A stretch of 64,000 bases of DNA from Takakia lepidozioides (taxonomy: Eukaryota; Plantae; Bryophyta): the NCBI GenBank assembly GCA_030704615.1, contig CM060733.1, positions 66,774,001 through 66,838,000 on the forward strand, written 5' to 3'. A model generated the notes under the pieces. It did not search any database and was not told the origin of the DNA. It was given only the letters and a program-made list of their open reading frames with translations. Shown here in pieces: positions 13,035 to 24,646 of the stretch. The first letter of the stretch is position 1, and the number at the start of each line of letters is the position of its first letter. The position numbers and the translations under genes are program-made.

Positions 13035-13129
13035 GGAAGTATCCAGAAACAGATAACAGAGACGAGGAGAAGTTGTGGAATGACTATTTTTCTGACCCCA
13101 GTCAATGGTGGGACAATCGAGGCATAAAG
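13035..13129 (+). pseudogene. OSB/PDF-motif-like exon remnant, copy 2
   Basis: DEEKLWNDYFSDPSQWWDNRGIK followed by a GT donor; resembles the first half of the PDF motif of organellar ssDNA-binding (OSB) proteins. Confidence 0.6.
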
Positions 13130-13499
13130 GTGAATGCTTGTTGGATTACAGAGAGTAGCAGATGCAATTGAGCATAGGAACAAGTGTGATAAGTTGAGTT
13201 GGGTGTTTCTTAGGACAAATCTAGGCTGTCATTGTCAGCTGCTAGCAGCAAGGCAAAGATGTATGCATGATTTGTGCAGATGCATGGATAGCTGAAGGAG
13301 CAAGAATAGAGTGTAGGTCCAGATTCATCCAAGAGGGCCAGACTTCCAAGCTTCAGATTACCTATAATTCTCTGTGGATCAATAGCTACAAGAAACCTTC
13401 ATGGATAGATTATCAACTACAGGCAGCAGCTGCAGCAGCATAGTTGATAAAATCAGATACATCAATCATGACCACAACTTCTGAAAGATGATCAAGAGA

Positions 13500-13695
13500 G
13501 GGAGTCCACAATGCCTCTTCTGGCACTTCTGGGCATGTGAAGATGCTTTGTGCGGCAGGCAAACTAAAAGAGGCTCTACAGACTTTAAACCAATGAGGCA
13601 TTTCAGCAGATTCAGATACGTATGTCTGTCTCTTGCTTAAGTGCATCAAGATGGAAGGTTTGGAAGCTGGAAAGCAGATGCACACTCACATGTCG
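13500..13695 (+). pseudogene. N-terminal fragment of a PLS-type PPR gene
   Basis: VKMLCAAGKLKEALQTLNQ*GISADSDTYVCLLLKCIKMEGLEAGKQMHTHM. Confidence 0.75.
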
Positions 13696-13744
13696 TGTTT
13701 CAATCTCTTCGATCTATTTCAGTCTGTTTTGCTTTGGTTAGGAA

Positions 13745-14935
13745 TAGGTGGATGGAAGACCTGGGACAAGCCAAATTTCAATCGATGGATTGAAAGCAGG
13801 CAAAAGACGCCACGTGGAATTTGAGGCAGTTGATGAGGACATGGAAGGGTAGAGCAACCGAAGGTCTTGAGCCTATCGCGGAAGTTGAGTTAATGCAGCG
13901 TGTCGAGTATTGGACGCACTTGGCAAGTCAGAATGCACATCGCCGGACTAGGGTAGTCCCTTGGAAGACAGGGTCATCGAGCGGGGAAGGCACGACACAT
14001 CTTATTTACATCAACACAAATGCAAAGGTGGAACAGGTTGGCCCTTACAAAGAACGAGGGTATGCTAGGGTCTGTAAGTGTAGGATTGTTGGCGATTCGT
14101 GAATACCGTATCGTTGGGAGCTAGCGGAAAAAAACCCAAGGCCAAAAAACCAAAAGTTGCACTGAGACAACATAACGACAAGTGTTTGGCAGTGAAGTTC
14201 CAACATCCGGGTGTTGTCACATATTTTGTTGTGAATGCACGTGAGGTAGAGGGTTACATTCACTGGCGGAATGGGGGGACATTATGCGAGATGTTCAACC
14301 TTGACAGAAATTGGGGCAACAATTGGGACAACAGGGAGATTGTGGAAAAAAAAAGAATGGAATAAGAGTTCCAGGAAGTCGATCTCTTGCTTCGTTTCCG
14401 GAGATAGCGCAGTAAACTTGCATGGGCATTGGTGAACATCATGGATGTTGTCCATAAGAACCATGTCATGCACAACGACTTGTCCCCCGACAACATCTTG
14501 TTGCATTTTCTAGATGGCACCAAGGATGTTAAAATTGGGGTATGTGATTGGGGCTTAGCCACCCCATCGGAGATACGCAAAACCTCGCCGTATTAGTTTA
14601 AAAACAAAGACAAGATGGAGCGGGAACTCAAGATAAGATGGTGAGTGGAAAAAAATATTGCATCAGTTTTTAATGCGAAAAATAACTTGCCCACCCAGGA
14701 CATGACGTCGGAGGCATTTGCCGTTGGGAAGATAGCGGTACAAATAAATGACGACGTTCATTATGATGCCAGTATGTTCAAGGATCAATCTACGGGAATG
14801 TGTTGGGATTCTGTCCTACAAAGGTTGTATGACAACGACAAGTCCGAGAGAATCACATTAGCCCACGTAGTATGTCGGTTCTCAGGTCATCCATTCCATC
14901 GGGTTGAGCCCCGAGATGTATATAGGACGGAGTAG
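13745..14935 (+). pseudogene. Atypical protein kinase pseudogene, intronless, likely TE-borne
   Basis: Reading through stops and a frameshift gives HPGVVTYF, WRNGGTLCEMF, catalytic loop VMHNDLSPDNILLHF (~14465-14510), CDWGLA and SEAFAVGKIA. Confidence 0.8.
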
Positions 14936-15016
14936 ACCATAGTCTCATAGATATTAGATTTGCGGCCGTACAATTGTTCATTTGTGAAGATAAAAGTCAA
15001 TTTTGATCATACATGT

Positions 15017-15555
15017 AATAAATACTCCCATTGTAAATACTACATTGCATATGCTCGACCCTCACACCTGTCATCATAACATAAATGGTTTGTGTACTGT
15101 CTCACTGTTTATATTTGTAATGTTCCAACGTTTTTTGATAGGGTACTGAGAAAACGATATATGAGTTACGTCCGTAGGAGTTAGACAACATCATATCTCA
15201 TTCAGATGTGCGACACTACCATGAGAGGCATGGATCCATGAGTAATAGATGTACATGCAACCTCTGAACGTTCGTACTAGGTCCAGCGAGTGGTCTACTT
15301 GAACGTCCGGAGATCGCATGTACACGTGTTACTTATAAATCCGTGTCTTTCATGGTAGCGTCGACATCTGAAATGAGATGTGAAACACTTGTTGTCGAAC
15401 TCCTACGGACCCGTATCACGTTATCTCAATATCCTACCAGAATCATTGGAACATTGGAACATACAAACAGTGACACAATACACTGCCGATTTTGTTGAAA
15501 TGACATCTGTGAGGCTCAAGCGTATGCAATTTAGTATTTACAACGGAACTTTATT
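15017..15555. repeat. Long imperfect inverted repeat (fold-back 1), ~260-bp arms, tiny loop near 15285
   Basis: CTACCATGAGAGGCATGGAT pairs with ATCCGTGTCTTTCATGGTAG; TGTAAATACTACATTGCATATGC pairs with GCGTATGCAATTTAGTATTTACA. Confidence 0.88.
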
Positions 15556-15619
15556 CCCCCGATACTGCTGCTGGAGCGCAACTGATGGTGCGAGTGCTTT
15601 GTTGATTGGAGCTGTCAAT

Positions 15620-16097
15620 AATCATATTTACTGTAAGATGTTTGATTTGCTAGTGTTGTTCCTCTAGTTGAATTCTATAGTAATCGTTTTGCTATTCTCA
15701 TGCCAACAACATCAAGTCCTCTGAGACTGTCATGTTCAGACGAACGTATCAGCCACGGCACACCACCAGTGACCAATCTAAAACCATCAGCTGCATGTCA
15801 GCCTGTCAGCTGAGAACAAGATCTTTGATTCATTGTATCCAAGCCCCGTCCGACTCCCGAGAAACACCTTAGCGCACAAGTAGATGGCGAGCGCCTTGAA
15901 GTATTTCTCTAGGATGGGATAGAATAAATTGGAGATTTGGTTCTCAGCTGATGGTTTCATGTTGGTGGTTGCGATACGGAATTCGATGGCAGTCTCAGTG
16001 GACCTGATGTTGTTGGCATGGGAATAGCAAAACGATTCCTATAGAAATCAGCTACATGAACATCGGCAGTATCAAACACCATACAATACATATGATT
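15620..16097. repeat. Long imperfect inverted repeat (fold-back 2), ~175-bp arms
   Basis: AATCGTTTTGCTATTCTCATGCCAACAACATCA pairs with TGATGTTGTTGGCATGGGAATAGCAAAACGATT; AAACCATCAGCTG pairs with CAGCTGATGGTTT. Confidence 0.88.
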
Positions 16098-16149
16098 TTT
16101 GAGATTATTTGCACAGATTATTTGGGGGGCAGATATGTCGTGAGCATGA

Positions 16150-16545
16150 GCGGCGGGTTCGGGTCAGGTTCGGGTCAAGGAATATTCCAAGAATATCCTG
16201 AGAATATTGATATAGAATGTCCTAGAGAATATTCAAATATACCAGGAATATCCTGTAGATATTCTAAGAATATCCCATGAATATGTGAATATACCTGGAA
16301 TATATCACGAATATTCGAATATGCCAAGAATACCATTCTGGCATTGAGTGTTTGGGTTGTATGGTGAATATTTCTGTGGCAAATCGACAGGACCGCGTGG
16401 AACTGTCGTATGCTTTATTTCTGCGGATCAGCATTTCCTGCATGAATTTGTAGTTCCGCACGGAATTGCGAGGTTCGGGTTTTGCTTCAGGTTAGATTCG
16501 GGTTAGGTTCGGGCGTAGAATTAAGGAGGATATTCTCAAAAATTG
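16150..16545. repeat. Subterminal-type repeats (GGTTCGGGT and GAATATTC/GAATATCC) of a DNA transposon
   Basis: GGTTCGGGT clusters at 16155-16175 and 16472-16513 enclose about a dozen GAATAT(T/C)C copies. Confidence 0.55.
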
Positions 16546-16859
16546 AGTATTATTCCTCTTCTACTCACAACATTTTCTGCTCACGCTCACCGGAAACACT
16601 GCCTCGATTATTTGTGTTTGTGTCTTCTTGCATAGTGAAAGAGTATGACTGGTCCAGTGGACTATCGGATGAAAAAGAAACTACAGTGTATGCAGCACAT
16701 CCACAACTAGAACCTATTAGTCAACTAGTGGTCAAGCATACCACGACAATAGGATGCCACATGGTGAACACTCAAGGGGAAACAAGAAAGAGAAGAGGAC
16801 ATTACCAACAGTGAAGTACCTGCCACGATTGCTACCATTGGACACGGTGCTGAAAGTTG

Positions 16860-19730
16860 ACACCAAACCGGTTTGTCAGAACCGATACAAAATGAATCCC
16901 AACTATGCAGCTAAGGTTTGGGAAGAAATCAAGAAATTATTGGATGCATGATTCATATACCCAGTAGAGACACCACAATGGCTATCACTCATTGTAATAG
17001 TGCCCAAGAAGAATGACAAATTGCAAGTATGTGTGGACTACCGCAAATTGAATGCAGGAACCAAGAAAGATCCATTTCCACTACCTTTTACGGAGATAGT
17101 GTTGGACACAGTGGCAGGGCATGAGATGTATTCATTCATGGATGGATTCAGTGGGTACAATCAGGTGCAGATGGCAAAGGAAGACCGAGAGAAGACTGCA
17201 TTCATGACTGAATGGGGAGCTTACGCTTACAAAATCATGTCGTTTGGACTTTGCAATGCACCTGCCACATTCCAAATAGTGGTATCTGAGATATTTAAGA
17301 GCTATCTCAATGACTTCATGCAGGTATTCTTAGACGATTTCAGCGTCTTCGGACAGAAATCCAAACACTTGGCACAGTTAAAACTCTGCCTACAAGCCTG
17401 CAGAGACAATGGAGTAAGTCTCAACCCCGAGAAATGTACATTTTGTGTGAATTTAGGATTATTGTTGGGACACATCGTGTGCCAACAGGGAATTTTGGTT
17501 GACCCAAAGAAGGTGGACAATATCCAAAAATACCACCACCAGAGAATCCAAAGAAACTCAAAATATTTCTGGGACAGACAAGCTATTACAGAAGGTACAT
17601 GGCCAAGTACGCTCACAGAGCAGCACCAGTTTATAGACTGCTAAAGAAGGATGCCAAAACCAATGGTCTCCATATTGTCAAGAATTGTTTGATTCACTAA
17701 GAAGAGCACTCACATCGGCACTAATCTTGATCAATCCAAGATGGGATTTACCATTCCATGTACACGGTGATGCATCAGGCATCGCCCTGGAAGCAGTTCT
17801 GGCTCATAAATGTGACAGGCACAATAGATTCACCAATCTATTATGCAAGCAGACTGCTGACACCTGCTGAAAAGAACTATAGCACCACGGAGAGGGAAGC
17901 ATTGGCAATGATTTAGGTTGTTCAAAAGTTTCGGCATTATTTACTTGGCCATCGCTTTAAGTTTATTGTTGATCATCAGGCTTTGGTTCATTTGGCAAAT
18001 CGACCACTAGCTAGTGGCAGGGTTCGATGGTTATTACTTCTTCATGAGTATGATTTTGAAGTTGTTCATAAACCTGGAAGATTACATGTTACAGCATATC
18101 ATCTATCAAGACTTACCACCGGAGAAACCAGCAACAGGAGTGGAGGATCAGCTTCCCGATGCATTTCTGTTTGCTGTTCAACCAGAAGCACAAGAAGAAG
18201 ATACTGATCCTTTGGACGCTCTAGGAGTGTTTCAAGCAAATTATGATCTTCCAAATTCTCTTAAATTGTTTGAGACAGATGAAGAAGAAACAACCGAGGA
18301 TGGAGAATCCACAGATGAAGGAGAAACAATGTATGAACAAGACTCAGAACCAGAAGAAGATGACAAGGAAAATGAGGAGCCAATTTCTCAAGGATTGACC
18401 AACATTAGCATTGGGACTTGTGCAGTCACCAAGGAAGAATCAGAAGAACTTCAAGACCAAGATCAAGATGATTGGCAATGACCAATCAAATACTACCTGA
18501 TAACAGGAAAATTTCCTGAAGAATACACCAAAGATGACAGGAGAAAGCTTTCAATGAAAAGCAAACCATACACGGTGATCAGAGGAATTCCTTACAAACG
18601 AGGAATTGATTCCATCATGAGAAGATGTGTGGACAAAGAACAAGCCAAGACAGTGATGCAAGAATTACATGAAGGTATATCAGGAGGACACTTCAGTTCA
18701 GATCTGACAGCAAAGAAAATATTATTAGCATGATACTGGTGGCCTACAATTTTTGGAGACACTTACGAATACTGCCAACAGTGTGATGTCTGCCAAAGAA
18801 TGGGACCAGTAGAAAGAACTAGAAAAGGAGCTATGCACCCAATACTACCAACAGAGCCATTTCAACGTTGGGGGCTACACTTCGTGGGACCCATTAAACC
18901 TCCAGCGAGGTACACACAGAACCAATACATCCTCACAACCACTGATTACACTACCAAGTGGGTAGAGGCCAAGGCACTAAGAGACAACATTGCCAAGTCA
19001 ACAGCCAAGTTCTTATACGAGAACATTATCACACGATTTGGTTGTCCACTGGAATTTGTTAGTGATCAAGGATCACATTTTATGAATGATGCCATAAAAT
19101 GCTTAATAGAATTCATGATCATACATCACAAGAGTATTGCTTATTATCCTCAAGGGAACGGCCAAGCAGAGTCTACCAACAAGATCATGTGCACTATCTT
19201 GACTAAGATTGAGCCAATCGAACAGATTGGGATGCTAAGATAAACACAGCACTATGGGCATTCAGAACTTCATACAAGGTGACCACGAAACATACACCAT
19301 TCCAACTGGTGTATGGAGCAGAAGCACTATTGCCCATTGAATGCATGATACCCACACTATGAACCGGGACTCATGAACGATGGGATCTAGAAGAATCTTT
19401 ACGAGTCAGGGAACATGAATTATTCCATCTGGAAGAAATTCAAGCAGATGCTACAGATAACATGGCACGAATTCAAGAGCATCAAAATAAGAGAATATCA
19501 TAAGGGAAAGTAAAATCTTTCCAGGATGGAGAAATCATTTTGTGGCTACCAAAAATCAAAAAGATTAAACTAGGACGTAAATTGAAAATGCCATGGATAG
19601 GACATTTTCAAATAAAAAATATACATGACAATGGAACTGTTGATTTACAGACCCTGGAACAAGAGTTCGTGGGACGAATGAATATCAACAAGTTAAAAGG
19701 CTATAAAGGGATACATGACAGAGTCCTCAT
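16860..19730 (+). mobile_element. Non-chromovirus Ty3/Gypsy pol (RT-RNaseH-integrase), degraded
   Basis: RT: VCVDYRKLN, MDGFSGYNQV, MSFGLCNAPATFQ, VFLDDF. RNaseH: DASGIAL, EKNYSTTEREALAM. Integrase: GGHF, WGLHFVGP, FVSDQGSHF, YYPQGNGQAESTNK. Stops and frameshifts. Confidence 0.93.
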
Positions 19731-20587
19731 CCATGATTTATATGCCAACAAAGAAGACCAAACCGCAGATGAAGAACGCGAAACCTCTAGCGCTTACTAC
19801 ATCCATCATGATACCATGGTGGATCAGCAAGTAATAACAGGTGGCAATACGAGTTCAAGGCACAGCCACGTTTCGACCACCACGAGTTTGGATGTCGGCA
19901 CTACCACCACGTATACCGTATGGAGAGTCGTGGCCATCACACATGCCCTACAGAACCGTGAACGAATACGAAGCAGCCAACAAGTCACTCATTGTGTTGA
20001 AGTCTGAAATGTACTAACCAAATGAACCAACCGACCGTGGCAAAACGCACCACGACCGATCGATCATAAGATGGAGCGAGAACGACGGCACAATCCAACG
20101 AATTGCCAAAAGACGGCGGAAGATAAGGGCAAGGCCATTAAACCAATTTGCAAGTACTGCGCACACGCCACACATCTAAAAACATACCATTTTCCAAGCC
20201 CTAGTTTATCCAAGTTGGATGAACGCAAAACAAACAAACCAACGCAATCATCAACAACTATCATCCAAATCCAAGATGAACCACGAAGAAAATCAAGCAC
20301 ATCTAGAAGAAGGATGAGATACATCCAAAACCGTTACCGGAAGCCAAGGGCTTCTTGGTAAGTGCGGGCCCAGCAATTAAAGCTAACTGCTCTGTAAACC
20401 CAGGAGGACAGCACGACAAAATTACCTCCATGACAACCTTGAGAGAACCAAAGGGTAGAACCCGTACTTAAACCTAGAAAGGCTCCCTATACTTCCTCTT
20501 CCGCAAACTGGAAATTGTTGTCTACACAAATTCCAGTGTGCTTCATATTGCTCTTGATATAGGAATTGGTTATCCAGTTCCTTACAG

Positions 20588-22370
20588 CAACAACAAAACT
20601 AAGGGAAATGGCAGGCACCAAGCGGAAGACACTAGGTCCTTATGCGCAGGTGAATTTCAAAATCAGCCCAGCTTTGAGGAAGATTGAGCAAGACATGGAA
20701 ACGCAGGAGACGTTGGACCGTCTTGGCTTGCGATACTTTATCAACACCCTGGATTGGAACCACAAACACAACGATCTGTGCAGGGAGTTCTTGGAGAACT
20801 ACAACACCGGCGCTTGATGCACGAACGTTCACGACACATGAATTCTACTCACTGAGAAATACTTGGCGGAAGTATTTCATCTTCATAGTTAGGACGACCC
20901 AGCACACAGCAGCAAACCACCAAGGTTTGTAATTGTGGACCTATTCGAGAATCTCAACCAAGCTGATCAGGACTACACATGCAGTCGCAGCAAAGACCCA
21001 AGTTTTAATAAGATAGGCCCAGCGCTTAGCACATTGCTTTGCCTTAGGCAAAACCACAGCTATTGCACCAAGGAGCTGATAGACCAGGTGTTGATTTGCC
21101 TCAACAGACAACTCGTGAATTGGGCAGGCTTCTTATTGAAGAAGCTGATCCAAGAATTGACTCGACTGACAAAGAAGAAGAACGAGCCAACGGTAACCAT
21201 GGTGACTCCCCTACTTCTGCAAATGATCCGACATACAACCGTAGGGCAGGAGGAAGAAGAACAGCCATTACAGGAAGAGGGCGGACTTGCAAAGAGGGCC
21301 CAAATAGACGAAGGTGCGACGAGTGCGATGGCGGAAGAATTATTCAACTCCACGACAGATTCTACACTGCAGAGAGAAGGAGAGAGTCAACAGCAGAAGA
21401 ATTCTATATTACAGGGTGAAGGAAACGAGTAGCAGGCCAATGAAGCAACCCCGATGGAAACAACACCTGCCAATATGGAGGTTCAGCAGGCAGCACCTGC
21501 AGAGATCGCACAGCAAACAAGGGAGGTGGAAGCCATAGCCGCACAACCACAGCAAGTGATACAAGTGACACAGGACCAGCAACATTTCACCCAGCAAGAC
21601 AATAATTCCAATCTGGAATTATTACTCTCATAGCAAGTCCTGGACACAGCAGCATGGGACACAGGTTTGGAGGAAACACCAGGGAATGTAATTCTCCAAG
21701 CAGTACAAACCTTGGGCCAGGTGATGATCTATATGAACAGAGCCAATGATTACATAAGCCCGGAGAATCTTGCCATGATCATGGACCACCTCAAAGAAAA
21801 GCACCAGAGGGGCTTGCAGCAGCACGAGTCGTATGTAACCATGAAGTTATAATTGCAGACTTGGAAGACCAGAAGAGCATATTGCTCCGCCACTACAACA
21901 GTTTGGAAAATCGTCGAGAAGACTGGGAACAGAAGTGGAAGAGACAGAAGGACAAAACAAAACAAAACATGTCCAAGCAGACCTCGATGCAGAGAGAGAA
22001 CGATCCCGAACCACAGAAGCAGAAGTTGCGACACTCAAAGAATAGTTTCAAGCTGCTAAGTCAAACCATGGAAACAAACTGCTACCAAGCAATACTGTAC
22101 TACTGAGAGAGAAGGAAAATACCAAGAGTAGGCTATTCACAGCCAATACAGAGAGAGACATTGTTATAGGCAATGAACAAGAATGGAAGCAGCAGCTGGA
22201 GAAGCTGGCACTTCAAGCCGGGCTAGATGCAGCCCTGGCTCGGACATGGTTAAATGAAGGGAACCCCCTCGAGCTGAAGAAACTCAACAGATTAATGATA
22301 CAGCAAATGAAATGTCAAGTGGCAGAATTGGTGACAGACATTCATGAGGAATACCTGCCACCAGGGTGAA
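20588..22370 (+). pseudogene. Extra 3' ORF of the Gypsy element (Athila-type accessory, coiled-coil C-terminus), broken
   Basis: Sense ORF pieces downstream of integrase. LCREFLENY resembles the LVREFYAN motif of Athila-type 3' ORFs. Q/E-rich coiled coil. Confidence 0.55.
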
Positions 22371-22435
22371 TGCAGGAATGACTGGACCAAATTGGACGTT
22401 ACCGGCACAGTTTTAGATGACTGCAATTGATGGTG

Positions 22436-23060
22436 TCATCAATTTTTTTGAATTAATTCATTAAAACCAGCAAATATATATGTCATTGGATTCTTAGCTT
22501 CGATACGCACCCATAGCAACTCTCCAATCATGAATATGATAAGAAATGACAAAGTTATGGACTTTTGAAGACCATACAATGGACTTGTTTCCGCAGTGAA
22601 GGGAATTACAATGGACTCAAGAAGTCCTATGTGCCATTGGTCAATTCCATTGAAATTTGGACATAAGGTGGTCATTTTGGTCCACATCATAGATATGGAT
22701 TTGAAGTGGCAAAATCCCTCTCCATTTGGCTCCTATGGACTAATATATGTCCCAAAAGGTGGTTTATTTTGTCAAGTCCATGGTGTACTTTGATTTTGAT
22801 TTTGAGGTGTCATATTTTACTACAAAGGATACAAAAACATAACCTACAATGTCTTGGTTGTATATAGACAAATCGATGTAAATTTTAATTTTTGATATAT
22901 CAAATCTTATTTAAATTAAATACTAAAATTTATAGTACAATTATCTTTGATATTTGGGGTAAGACCCTTTACTAAAAATGTTGAATATGCAATTGTCTAT
23001 CATCATTGAATTATTTGGGGAAATATCGTCAACTTTAAATTTGGTCATGGACTTTCATGG
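22436..23060. other. AT-rich insertion within the Gypsy 3' region
   Basis: Abrupt compositional shift with repeated GTCCA/TGGAC motifs between two coding-like segments; no termini identified. Confidence 0.35.
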
Positions 23061-23520
23061 AATGCAACATCTGCCGTTTTTGGTCCACTCAACCCTGCAA
23101 CTACCCACCAATTCCAGAACAAGAAGAGCTCATGGACGAGGACGAACAAGAGGAGCAAGACCATGAACAAGAAGCACCAATATTATCAACAGCAACAACA
23201 CCAACACAAACACCACCAGCAACACAACCACCACAGATTGAAGAGGCACGGGTACAGGCCATGGCAGGGCCATCCAACCAAGAGGTAACCACTGTGCCTT
23301 TACCAAGCATCTTAGTGGCATCAGCTTCAGTTGCAGCGGATGATTTTCAAATCATGCCATGCAAGAGGGATGTGGAATGAGTCAAGTATTTAGAGGAATA
23401 CTTCAGAATGATGAGCATTCCGGCCCAGCAGATCCCATATATGTTGGACAAGGCATTCAAGGCCTTAACCCCATGAAGGACATTAGGCCAGCTGCATATG
23501 CTCAATCTAGTAGAAGGAGT

Positions 23521-24398
23521 AGTAAGGGACCGTGGGTCGTGTACCGCTAAGGCACACGACCACGAGCCACGACCACGATCACGAGCCACTACCACGGGCC
23601 ACTTTTTTTGGCAAACCTTTTAGGTTGCGTAGGCAGTTAGGCAACGATCATTAATGACCGCAGGCTGTAAACGGCTCTTTTGAGCATAGTATAAAAGGAC
23701 TGCACGCAACTTAGGAAGTATCAGTGTATTAGTGTGTGATCATAGCGATCCGATGTGTACTTATGCTATGATGTGGTGATTCTGAAGTAAAGCAATGGTT
23801 TTCCAAGTATTTACGTGTAGAGTGACTGTGAGATGGTGAAAATGTGTATCATCTCTGAATAGACCTTGACTGAAATAGCACATAGTATATTGCATTGTTG
23901 TAGGCTTAGACAGAACTTAGTCACAGCTGTAGCAATACAGCTTTGCCTAAATTCTTAGTCTTATTGATTAGCTATAGGATACCGCTTATGATCAATCCAA
24001 AGACTTAAACAGTAACATGGATGTTGATTCACGGAACCCAAGTTTTCCACGGCCATTGACGATTACTCTGTAATCGTCATACAAACATATCGTCGGACAA
24101 CCTCTGGTAAGTGCTTTGGAAAATGGGTTGCATTGGCAATAGCGCATTTTGTCTAAGTAAAACCAGCGGTAATAGCCACCCCTACAAGATCAATCAGAAG
24201 TCCTGCAAGTGACGAACGAATGATGACTCTACCAACGATGAACGAATGGTTCCTCAATGGGCGAACGGATGGTTGCCAATCCAAATGGCAGGTCGCGGAC
24301 AGGATCAATCAGAAATGCTTCAAGTGACGAACATTTCCGCCATAGTGCGGAAGAGGTGCATTGGCCACATTAAACAGTTGATGTGATACCTTTTCACA
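23521..24398 (+). mobile_element. Putative 3' LTR of the Gypsy element
   Basis: Preceded by purine-rich AGTAGAAGGAGT; TATAAAAG at 23690; ends TTTTCACA. No partner LTR in the window, so boundaries are approximate. Confidence 0.4.
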
Positions 24399-24646
24399 AG
24401 GCCTCAGCCTCATGGTGAGTCTTATGCCACTCCCACTACGACTCCATATGCTACCACCACCCCCACACGGAGCCCCCCCACCGCAACCCGGTTGGCGGGG
24501 CTGATCCACCTAGTGAGCGCCTCCGCCTCCTTGAGTGCACTCAAGGGTGCTTCAGCCCCCATCCCTATTCGCTGTCACTGCCCCCACCACAGGGGCAGCC
24601 CTTCTTGTGTCCCGGCCCCCCGCCCTCAAGGCAAAGGGCCGCGACA
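24395..24646. mobile_element. Truncated family-A LTR (right ~250 bp)
   Basis: Aligns with the right third of the solo LTR and ends GGCCGCGACA; abuts the hAT transposase C-terminus. Confidence 0.85.

Noticed and set aside
15017-16097. miRNA precursor call for the hairpins
   Set aside because: No recognisable conserved mature miRNA and no consistent G:U bias; kept only as fold-backs.
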